64,000 nucleotides of DNA, taken from positions 1,456,527-1,520,526 of the forward strand of contig MU057880.1 in the NCBI GenBank assembly GCA_013265495.1, in the 5' to 3' direction. Shown one piece after another: positions 51,604 to 62,159 of this stretch. Under the pieces are notes generated by a model. The model made no database searches. It was not told the origin of the DNA and worked only from the letters and a program-made list of their open reading frames with translations. The translations under genes and the position numbers were made by a program. The stretch comes from Vicugna vicugna (taxonomy: Eukaryota). The first letter of the stretch is position 1, and every line of letters starts with the position of its first letter.

Positions 51604-51690
51604 TTAAATTTTTTAAAAGATTTTTATTGAAGCTTAGGTGATTTACAAGATGAAAAAGAATATCTATGTATAACTGAATAACGATGCTGT
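51604..51690 (-). mobile_element. Tiny twin-primed (5'-inverted) L1 3' end
   Basis: Antisense tttttattgaagcttaggtgatttacaa joined to sense tgaaaaagaatatctatgtataactgaataacgatgctgt; decayed 15-bp TSD. Confidence 0.65.
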
Positions 51691-51740
51691 GGTATCTCAA
51701 ATATAGTTTCTATTAAAGTTTCAATGAAACATCATATATG

Positions 51741-52085
51741 GTTGCTATAGAAATGACAATTTGAATTCGTTGCCTTCAGTGAGGAAAATTTCAAGCTTTA
51801 TTATTATTCATTCCAGTTAAAAATAAAACAGGGGAGGCACATGCGACAAGAGCTTTCCGAGCAAGACTGGAACAATGTCTGTTGTTTTACCATCCATGAC
51901 GCTGCGAGCTACCCGAGGAAGGCACGCCCGCCTTCCTGTAGGCTCCAGGACTGGCAGCCCTATTATCTGGCCTCTCTTAGCCTCCTTTTGGGAAAAACAC
52001 TCAAGTCCTCATTGCCATAACAACGGGCTACTCTCCCTAAAACAAGATGTGCTCCGAGTCCAAGTAAAATTGTTTCCATGGTAAC
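51741..52085. promoter_or_regulatory. Candidate enhancer with three RFX X-box motifs
   Basis: gttgctatagaaat 51741-51754, attgccataacaac 52011-52024, gtttccatggtaac 52072-52085 in non-repetitive, CpG-retaining sequence. Confidence 0.45.
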
Positions 52086-52644
52086 TGCTACCTATTTAAG
52101 TGCGGCAGCCTGGTTTTTAATCAGTAAAATTGTCCTTTGTCAAAAAGCAAGCATGTATTTTTACCAAAATAATTATGTACATTTGGGAGGGTATGGTAAA
52201 TGAAGAAAGGAAAGTAGATTTTCACAAAAATAAAAATAAAATTGATTCCCCCTTTTTAAAGGCCACAGCTTCTTGTTTATGAAATGAAAATCTCCACGAT
52301 GTACATATGCGGCAACCCGCAGCATAACCATATGTGGAATACAAAATGTTTCTCTTTCTTACATTTTGACCCACATTAAAATAAAATAAAATCCTGAAGA
52401 CTGAAAATGGAAATGTCCATGATCCAAATCTATTTCATTCTTCACTTCTCTTTCATGAACTATAATGTCCAACCATGTTAAATGTGCCTTACGTCTCATG
52501 CTGTTATCTTTTATCCTTTTGTTTGTTTGTTTCAGATAATCTCTTATCCAAGTAAGTGAAATATGGATTTCTTTCCCATCAAATAAAGTAGATTCAGAAT
52601 TGACTTGGTTATTCTCTTCATTCTGATGGACAGCTACTGAGGAA

Positions 52645-52712
52645 GCTTCCTTCCTTCTTTCCTTCTTTCCTCCCTTTCCTTTCCTCCTCCTCCTCCTCCT
52701 CCTTCTCCTCTC
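52645..52712. repeat. CT-rich / (CCT)n simple repeat
   Basis: Directly visible. Confidence 0.85.
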
Positions 52713-52904
52713 TACTTGCTTTCTGATGGATCTCCTCAACGTGAGAGTGAAAAGTGTGACACTGTGCTAAATTCCAGGGAACTCAAGTTGGGGGTGGTTT
52801 CCATACGTAAGTTATCTGTCCCATAGAAAACAAAGTGGAGGGCAGCTTTGTTTAAGTGATGATAGTCTACTGAACGCTGATCCTTGTAGCAATGACCAAC
52901 TTCT

Positions 52905-53125
52905 TTGTATTTAGACAGAACTGGGTTCAAATCCCAGTCTGTCATGTTTCAGCTGTGTGATTTGGGGCTTAGATTTCCTCATTCATAAAGTGGAGTTAAA
53001 ATGCTTGCATCAATGGGTTATTGTGAGGATGCGATGAGACAGTGCGTGTAGAAGGCTTAGTTTGTGTCCTATGTCTTGTACATAAAATGCAGTCAGTGCT
53101 AATAAAAGTTACCATTATCACCGTC
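52905..53125 (+). mobile_element. MIR
   Basis: agacagaactgggttcaaatcccagtctgtca...tttcctcattcataaagtggag...gggttattgtgaggat. Confidence 0.8.
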
Positions 53126-54403
53126 ATGAATCTGACTTGAATACTAACAGGGAGTGTATGGGAGGGTTCCTGCCTTGGCATACACATAGCTTCTCCACAG
53201 TGAGCTTTGTTTCATTTTTTAATACTTTAAAATTTTAATTAAAGATTCATATAAAATATAATGATACAATATATGTTTTATAGTAAATAATAAAAGTTTT
53301 TTTTTTAGCAGTACGCAATCAAGAGGAAAATATTTGATGTCATTTAAGGTTATTTTAATCACCCATCTGTTTGTTTCATTTTAAGAGCATTCGAATCAAA
53401 TTTAAGACCAATATTTGACTTCCCTCTCCCAATACCAGAGGCACCCAGCAGATCAGGTAACTTTAGGCTGAGATACAGGATTTTTCTAGGACAGTCTTGA
53501 ACTTGAACATCCTGTTTCATTGCTCCCATAGGTATTGCTGTACCTGTCAGGAGTGCGTCCTGATCTGGGTGTAAAAACTATTGTCGGTGTGGATGTGAGC
53601 CTTGTACCAGCCCGACACTGGCAGATCATTCCAGCCACGTTTCCAGGTCTCGGAGAGCAGATGGCGCCCCGGCAGGGTCATTGTGCTATCGCAAAGCAGG
53701 CTGGCAAAGTCCCAGGATGCCAGCCTATCTGACAAGAAGCTGCAGAGAACAGCAGGTGACTCTTATTCACCTTTTTATTAGTTTCTAAGAAAAGGGCAGA
53801 AAGAGCCGGTCATCGAAAACCTAAGTAAATTGACAGCCCTGTCTCTGCTGTGTGGTTCAATTTTAACACCTACGGTGAGGTCTGGGATTGCAAATTATTT
53901 CAGCAATGATTTTCAGCAGCATAAAGTAAAAGATGGCCCTCTCTCAGCTCTCTGCTGCCTGTCCTGAGAGGAAAAATGGAGAATCGGAACATCAATCTTT
54001 CGGGATCCCCTGGTTGAAATCCGAATCTCTCCTTGGACCACTCACAGCCCAGTTGAGTTGAGGCCAGACTCCCCATTCCTCTGGAATCCCAAGCCCCTCA
54101 TGTTCAAGGGATCTTCACTTCCTCACCTCTCTTCCAGCTCCTCTGATTATGGAAAAGCATTTGAGATCTCATGAAAAAATTATCTGCGCATCCAGGTTTT
54201 CAAGAGGTTTGAGGGAAGGGAAGGCAAAGAATAGATAAGACCAAGGGTGCTTGACATTTTAACACAGACAAGAAAGGATGTGGTGGGAGAAAGACTTTGT
54301 GAAACAGGAAAGTTAGGGCTCTTGGGGAGACAGGGAGAGCAGGGGAGGTGAGAGGAGTGCTTAGGAAATTGCTTAGGAAATTAGTCTTCAGTCACTCACC
54401 GGG

Positions 54404-54841
54404 TGTCTCAGTTCTGTAGGGTTGCAGGAACAAGCTACCCCGAACTGCAAGGCTTAAAACAGTGGCCATCTATCATATCACAGTGCTGGAGGCGAACGCT
54501 GTGAAATCCAGGGCTTGGCCGGGCCACACCCTCCCTGAATCTTCTTGAGAGGAGTCTTCCTGGCCTCCTCTTAGCTTCTGATGATGGATGGCTGACCTTG
54601 GCCCGTAAAGCCATCATTCCAACCCTATCTCTGTCTTCATGTGGCCTTTGCCCAGTCTATCTGTCTCTGTACCTCTTGTTTTCTTCTGCGGGCACCAGTC
54701 ATGTTGGATCAGGGCCACCCTAATCCAGTCTGACTTCATCCTAACTAATTCCATCGGCAACAACCCTTTTTCCAAATTAGGTCCCATTCTGAGGTTCTGG
54801 GAGGGTCACAGATGTTGGGGGCACACTATCCAACTCAGAAC
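54404..54841 (-). mobile_element. MLT1B/C-like MaLR solo LTR
   Basis: tgtctcagttctgtagggttgc...ggcttaaaacag...caccagtcatgttggatcagggccaccctaatccagtctgacttcatcctaact...tttccaaattaggtcccattctgagg. Confidence 0.85.
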
Positions 54842-56184
54842 CTTGGATTTCTTCCTCCATCCCCACATCTTACTCCCCATGGTAAAATTTGGGGAAGAGC
54901 TGGGGATATTTGCAAGATCCAAGATGAAGGCCAGGACTCAGGACTGCATCACAGTGACCTGGAGAGAGAAGGATGCTCTAAAAATATATAACTGCGGTTA
55001 GATTGCATATCTGGGGACAGGCTAACAGACATGGAAGAGAAACAATAATAAATATCATTATCTCCAACAAGCTCGCTTCCATGTCACAAGACACGTGGTG
55101 AGTGGAAGCAGCACAGGTGTGAAGCAGACATTCAGTTTAGGCTTCTGGTTGGCAAGTTGCTTTTCTAAGAATTTTCACGGATAAATAGGGGTAAGCTTTA
55201 CCTCATTTAATTACTGTGACTCTCAGATGAGATGATATTCATGGCAGACCTCTCGCCAAGCAATTCCCCTAGTAGACCTTTCCCCCTTCTTTTCACATGG
55301 GCGTGTCGCCGCACTGGTGGGGTCCAGGGACAGTCTCTGCCCCTTTTAACAAGAGGTTCACCTTTATTCCATCCAGGTCAGAAATGAGACCTGCCTCCTC
55401 TAGCCATGTAGTAGGACCAAAGACGAAAGAATCTCTCATAATTTTTCATGCTCTTTTTCTTTGTAGAAATGTCCCTTTGTTTAGAAAAATAAAAATGTAT
55501 AAACTAGTCTTTTCAGATTAATGTGACTAACATCGCTTGATCAAACATGCAGAGAACATATGATACTAACTGAGTAGCTCACTGCCTTGCAAGGGCTCCA
55601 CAGAGCTGTGATGTCTCCTTTACATCTGCTGCTACATGAGCAGGTGTTTATGCCCAGGGTCTGCCCTGAACCTTAGAATTTAGCTTCATTAAAGTGCAGC
55701 TTCTGTATCCATCCTCTGTATCCTATTACTCACGCCGAATTCTGGAAACCCAGGGTGGTTCTTCATCGGACGGCTCTGCAGCTGCTGAGTGGGAGGTGAG
55801 AGCAGTACATGTAAGTAGATCTGGTAAACAGTGCTTAAAATTAGGACGTGACAAACACCATTTTCTGCTTTTTCATGGCTTCCCTTGGGCATCAATTAAA
55901 TACAGCATCTCCCAGCATTTTCTCTTGCAGAATCGTTTCCTCCTCTGTCATGAAACATTCAGATTGTGAAGGCAACAGACAGCAATATCAAATTCTAATG
56001 ACTATTTCCAAAATCGCGGGGAGTTGGGTCATACCCAGGCTGTAAGAGACACGGGCGAAACTGAAATATTTTTCCATTAACATGCTGATAAGTCAAGTTG
56101 GAGGATGACTTTACTGTGGGAAAGTTTCTTTTTCCCCGAGTGGGAAGCTAAAATTAGGGTGTGTTGTTACTATGCCTGAGAATT

Positions 56185-56340
56185 TCTTTTCTCTCTCTCT
56201 TTCCCCCCTCCTTCCTTCCCTCTGTCCGTCCTTCCTTCCCTGTTTTCTTTCTTCCTCTCTTCCTTTCCTTTCCTTTCTTCCTTTTATCTCCTCTTTGATT
56301 TCTTTCTCCCTTCTCCCTTCTTTACTTTCCCCTCTTTCTT
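56185..56340. repeat. CT-rich low-complexity tract
   Basis: Directly visible; explains ORF 56111-56368. Confidence 0.85.
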
Positions 56341-56784
56341 GAATGTAGATAACTGAATTCTGCATCATACTGATGGTTTGTGCCTTATCTTTCTATCATT
56401 TCCATCATGGACAGTGATGGCTAAAACGAATCCAGTGGATATTCGATTTGCAAAGAAAAGTCTGCCTCATTTTTGTTCCTCTAAAGAACATTTTGTTTTA
56501 TAAAAAGGCATTGCTATTAATAGAAACATTGAACTATTTCTACGTACTGATTTTCAATCCGCCTGTAAACGTTGTTTAATGTTTACCTCCCAAATATAAC
56601 ATATTTTTTATGCAAGCAAATTTTATGTCAATCAGACCTTGACCTAAAATCTTGTTTATCTTTTTCAAGATGAATATTTTGAAGTTTTCATGCTTCAAAG
56701 CACACACACATACACAAAAGATTCACTTTGTTGAGTGCCTAAAAATCTCTCTGAAACACCCTTACATCTAAATGACTGGTTTTA

Positions 56785-56990
56785 TCTATTCATCCACTAA
56801 TTCTTTTAGAAAACCTTTACTGACTGTCTGACTCATGCAAAACACTCAGTCACACTGCTTGGTGTTGTAGGGGCTGCAAAGATACCGTTTCTTGTTTTCA
56901 TGGTTTTATGTCTGCTGGTGGAGGTAATGTGCTAGCATATATTATCTATAATTCGGGTATGAAAGTGTCCACAATTAGGAGATGTAAACA
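56785..56990 (-). mobile_element. L2 3' tail fragment
   Basis: ctattcatccactaattc...tttactgactgtctgactcatgcaaaacact. Confidence 0.4.
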
Positions 56991-57813
56991 CACAAACAGC
57001 ATAAAAAATTCAGAGAAGTTTTCTAGAATATGGGTATTTGGCACAAGTATTAGGAAAGAGAGGATTTTTGAAAAAATATCTTTGAGGCAAATTATAGATT
57101 CGTAGCAATAAAACAGTGCAATAAATCTGCACGACCTAAACACACAGGAAAAATGAGTAGACTGAGTTTCAGTTAATGGCTGGCTTTGTGTGTTTGGATG
57201 AGGGCTTGCTCTCTGTGTTGTTCTGGGACGTGGAAACAGGTGCTACATTACTAAAGTATGTTCTACACTGATTATTAATATACCTTTTGAAAAGCAATGA
57301 AGTGGGAGTGAAACTGAAATCATGTTTATTGCATTATAACAGTTTAGTCTGCCACTCTGGAGAGACTGATTCACAGGATAATGGCTCTCTCTCAAGAATC
57401 CATTTAACTTAAAAAAACCCAAAAAACTAGCAAGTCTTTTTCTGGTTTCATTCTTATGTCTGGAGAAAATTGGTTCTGGCAACAAGAGTTATTTAGCACA
57501 GAAAATGTTCTGAAAATCAGGAAAATACCTTGATTGTCGTGGGAGCTGCACTAGAGTATCATTCTAATGACTCGACGTGGACCAAGATGAAATGATACAT
57601 CTTCTGAAATAGTCACACACATGAACACACCAACTCTTAGAGTCACCAACAAAATAAGGATTGGTAATTTTGTATGCTATGATACAATAATTTCAGATAA
57701 AAAATATTAATTAACCTTTCTATCTCTTTCCTGTTACCATCCCCACATATCCACTTTTTGAACCATATTTGTCCACCATGGAGGAGACAATCACTTTTGC
57801 TCGTGTTTCATAG

Positions 57814-57886
57814 GGCGGACCTAAGAAAGGAAACTAGAATGGATCCCTGGTTTAGATGTAGCTGGACCACGTTACCTTTAGTTACG
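57814..57886 (+). pseudogene. Candidate decayed exon (phase 1 to 2) of the same pseudogene as 61091-61395
   Basis: Acceptor cttttgctcgtgtttcatAG and donor tacgGTGCGT; frame RT*ERKLEWIPGLDVAGPRYL*L(R) joins in phase to the next exon; stops TAA 57822 and TAG 57879. Confidence 0.45.
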
Positions 57887-57899
57887 GTGCGTAAGTAAT

Positions 57900-58130
57900 G
57901 ATATAATGTGATAATAGTGGCTATTTAAGTTTTAAGACTGGTTTGCTATTTACAGATATTTTCTTGTTGAATTCTCCTAGCCATAAGGTGTGAGGTGGAC
58001 TGTTTTGTACATCACATCTATAAAGACATGAAAACCGGATCTTCTGAGAGCTGTCTGAGCTCTATCATCAAACTGGCAATGGAACTCGGATTGAGACAAG
58101 ATCTTACCTCTTCACGCACTGGACTTTCTC
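57900..58130 (-). mobile_element. MIR
   Basis: ataatagtggctatttaag...gaattctcctagcc...tgaggtggactgttt...ctggcaatggaactcggattga. Confidence 0.5.
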
Positions 58131-60003
58131 CATGACAACCCACTTTTCCTCTAACTCATGGCATATTTTAATTAGAGATGTAATCTGCAAATATTTTTTA
58201 ACTGTTTTGAGTCAATTCGAAGAATTAAGCCTATGTGGATGAATAAAGAGTAACCCATGGCTAAAATTAGCTCATTGGAAAAGTTGCATTTTTTTTTTTG
58301 TTACAAAGTAGTGATCTTTCTGTTACTGATGAAAATAGCACGGTTGTTTTATTTTGCATGGTCTCAGGGCTCATTTTCAACAGTCATGACCAGACATCAC
58401 ACCTGCTTCTTCTGTACAATGTATAGTTAAATAAGCTTTTCCATTTTACAGTTATGTTCCAGTAACGAAGCTTGGGAAATTAACTCATATTAGGTGACCT
58501 GCCCAAGGCTATTCTGCAGGTAAGATTATTTTTAAAAAAGCAACGAAGCTTCTGCTACATTGCCTAAGTCCCTGAACTGTAACATTCCCCGATTCTTAAT
58601 TATTTAACTGGTCAACAAGCTGTGCTTTTTTTTGATGAAAGATCATGCTCTTCTGCGATGTTCAGCATCTGTAACTAATGCACATATCATTGCCAGTATA
58701 TCTTCGGATAAAAGCAATTTTAATTGGACCAAGGTAAACAATGACATCTTGGTTTTACTAATGGCTGGATATGCATTGGCTGTTTAAAAGTTAATGTAAA
58801 ACGAATCACCCACACTAGAGTTTCTAATTTTCCACATGCATAGTTATAACATTCTGAACTGAGCTACTTGGCAAAATATTTCACAGGAAACATTCCTTCT
58901 TCTTAATGAAGATAAGAAGGCAGATTATGCTCTTAGTAAGAAATAGTTTGATGGGTTTCCATGGCATTTAGTAAACTAGATTATTTAGACAAACTTACCT
59001 TATATGAGGTACTTAAACATTAGAAGAAATTTTAAGTGATGTCACAGGACTCAGTATAATAAAAAGATTTAAGATGCCTATTACTTGCAGCATTCTGTGA
59101 CTGTGTTAAAATCATTAAATATAAATATATTTGCTTGGGTAGCATTTTGACTTATTTTATTTCAAATAAAAAGGCATCTCTATTTAATGACTTTTTAGTA
59201 CAAGAGAAAACATTTATATTGGGGGATTCATTTTAAGCATACAAGTGTAATTTGATGTGTTCTTGAGGAAAAGAAAATGAATGTATTTTGTTTTCATCTA
59301 ACATGTGAAAACCACAATGTCTGATCGATTCATTTTCTTCTAAATATCAGTAAACATTTCTCAGATATATCCAGGAGATATTTAATCCACATCATCCCAG
59401 GCTCAGTGAATAACCAATAAATAAAAAGTATTTCTTTTAATGAAACCTCGGGGAAAAAAGGGCTGACTTTTACTTGAAAAGCATGACCATCTACCACTTC
59501 CTGGAGGCATACCTGTGAGTCTTGGTGGACCACACTGCTTTTGTCTTAGACTCAGGGCACAGTCTTAGAGAAGGAAATTGAGGCACGGTGTTAAGTCAGA
59601 CTTAAATGGCCAGAGTGGAAATAGATCATGGTGAAAATCAAGGCAGCATCTCCCCAGATGAGTAGGATAGTAATCAGAATTATAAATCAAGGTCTATTGT
59701 AAACGTTTTTATTTTCTTTAACTTCTCTTAGCCTCTATAACTGCCTTACACGAAAGTACAGAAATGTGAACCAAGATTTAGTTCCTGGAGAATTCCCAGT
59801 GCGATATTAACACATACTGGGAAGCATGTGTGTGTAGGGAGCAATGCCTGTGTCATGTCTGAGTTTTACTGACATAAACTAGAGATCCAAAATAGCATCA
59901 GACAATAAAAATTTCACTCCACTAAATTAAAAATCTATCACTGTGGAGGTCACGCTCTTCTAATTGGTTTTAATTAAATAGATACTTGCCATGGGCTTAA
60001 CAA

Positions 60004-60136
60004 TTTTTTTGGTGGGGGAGGGGAAGGTAATTAGGTTTACTTAGTATTTTAAATTTTTAGAGGAGGTCCTGGGGATTGAACCCAGGACCTTGTGTATGTT
60101 AAGCATGTGCTCTACCACTGAGCTATACCCTCCCCC
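60004..60136 (-). mobile_element. Vic-1-type SINE
   Basis: ggtaattaggttt...ggggattgaacccaggaccttgtgtatgttaagcatgtgctctaccactgagctataccctcccc. Confidence 0.92.
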
Positions 60137-60479
60137 TCTTGCTGAATTTTCTGACCAATCCAATCAATAAATTAAGTGAATGCATAGGGGAAAAGCCAAA
60201 TTTGTTTCTAGCATTAGATGAGCAAGGATACAGGTAATTAAATAAACCTCACATTTAATGAGTTGCGTGGTTATATTCAGATGCCTTTTTTGTGTCCTAG
60301 GCATGACCATAGGCCCATCACAGATGAGCAGGTACTACTCATCTTGGAACTCAGCACAGGCTCCTTAAAGCATCCAATGCTCCAACAAAAATGGCTTCCT
60401 TTGTGTGTGTATACCATCACTCACAAAAGTGAATCTTCTCGGAAATTACAGAGCTATTATTTCAGTGGAATCCTGAAAT

Positions 60480-60900
60480 CAACTTATTTATTCACCAAGT
60501 CTTTATTGAGAGCCTGTCACATGCAAGAAATGTGGCAGATCCCAGAGTCCTAGGTCTATGGCAGCAAACAAGATAAATACAGTTTTTGTCTTTAAAGAAT
60601 TTTCAGTAGAACAATAAATAAATATAGGAAACTCAGCATAGGGCCCTGAGAATACAGCAGCTAAAAATAGACCCTATTCTTGGCTGGACAATCAGGTAAT
60701 AGTTCTATAAGCCGGTACATTTTTTAAAGGGGCACTTGGCAGATGAACACAAAATTAAGGTGGGAAATATGGGAAAAAATTTCTAAGCAGAGAGAAGAGC
60801 AAGCTGGAGAGGGTGGTGTGAATTCAAAGAATTACAAAGGTTGATTACAAGGTGATTGGTTGGAACAAAGAACAAGCGATAGATCAAAGTAAAGAGCTGA
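60480..60900 (-). mobile_element. L2 fragment
   Basis: ttattcaccaagtctttattgagagcctgtcacatgcaag...gcagcaaacaagata. Confidence 0.55.
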
Positions 60901-61090
60901 GATGTTTACCATGTAAAGACAACAGAGTAGAAGAAAATACAGTAACTCAGGAGCTTTTACATAGCCTGTTACGAATATGTAGTAAACAATAAATGTAGAT
61001 ATACATGTTCACAGCAATGGTTATATATTATTAATTTAATTGACATTTTGGAATATGAGACTAACCGTAACTCAGTGTGTTCTATATCAG

Positions 61091-61395
61091 ATCTTCGTGG
61101 TTTAAATTCTTAGTGCCTCCAACTGAAAGCGATCGTTCCCTCAAAAGGATTTACTTTAATCCTATATTCTAATATCCTTCAAGCTACGTGCCTCCAGTCA
61201 GAATTTCTGTTGAAGATTTTGAAAGTGTAACTGAAAAACTTCAACAAGCAGCTAAATAAATATACAGTGATAGGGCAGAAAGAAATAAACTGAAGCCACT
61301 TCATCCATCCAGTCACCTGCTGGAAGATGAATTACAGGCACAAAAGCAAAAGAAATATATGTTGCACCACTGGGTGATAAAAAAGAAACATGAAG
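61091..61395 (+). pseudogene. OFCC1: Decayed coding exon with two in-frame TAA stops; resembles OFCC1 (ojoplano) from memory
   Basis: Branch point CTAAC 61061-61065, acceptor tgttctatatcAG, donor gaagGTAATA; 101 codons SSWFKFLVPPTESDRSLKRIYFNPIF*YPSSYVPPVRISVEDFESVTEKLQQAAK*IYSDRAERNKLKPLHPSSHLLEDELQAQKQKKYMLHHWVIKKKHE; gene identity is recalled, not searched. Confidence 0.55.
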
Positions 61396-62159
61396 GTAAT
61401 AGAATAACTGGTCTTAGGGCTCTTTTATAACGGCTACTTCTTCTCTTCCCATTTTGCTCCTTCGTTCTCCCCATCCATCCTGCTGGGCAAGTACATTATA
61501 GCCCCAAAGAAATACTCAACCAGAGGTGGGTTAAGTAGAATTGCAGGTTACATCAAGGAGTAACACATCGCATAAGTTCCGGAATGGCATTATTCCCCCA
61601 TTATTCTCAGCGGCAAGTCATTTTCTTTTGGAATAATTATAAGTAAGAGTTCCTCATCGCGCCCACCGTTGGCTGCTGTATGCACTCCCAGGGCAGAGTG
61701 CGGGGCAGAACCCTTTCTCTGCGGAACAGGAGAGTTCTGAGTGTAAATGAGGCACTGGGGACGGACGGGCCACGGGGCTTAGAGTTGAAGACAGGTCGTT
61801 ACAAGTCCAGTAAAGGAGCACAAGGGGTTTCACCTGGCACGTTTATCTCTGGGGAGCCTCAGCTCTGGTGGTGAGGAGTGTATTTAGAAGCGACATGACT
61901 AAACGCATGGATTTCAGTGGTTTTACTCTGGGAAGATAATCTCTTAGAGGATCTTTAGGTGCAAACTTCTAAGTCCTTTTTATCCTGAGTCTGTTAATTT
62001 AAAATAAAAGTAAACTAGACATGAGTGGATAGAGTACAGGGTAAAGTAGAATCTTTTTTTTCCAGTAAAGTGGGATGATGGGTCTGGGACAGACAGCTAA
62101 CTGTGAGATAAAGGAATTGCATTATTTATAAATGCGTTGGAAAAGCGCATTGGACTGGC

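Noticed and set aside
53533..53755. Exon-like segment with acceptor and weak donor
   Set aside because: Stops in all three frames and no recognisable protein similarity
55699..56041. Several splice-like signals around ORF 55694-55969
   Set aside because: No coherent phase-compatible model and no recognisable product
57320..57665. Possible heavily decayed exon upstream of 57814 (e.g. GSGNKS)
   Set aside because: No consistent frame or clear splice sites; cannot be supported without alignment
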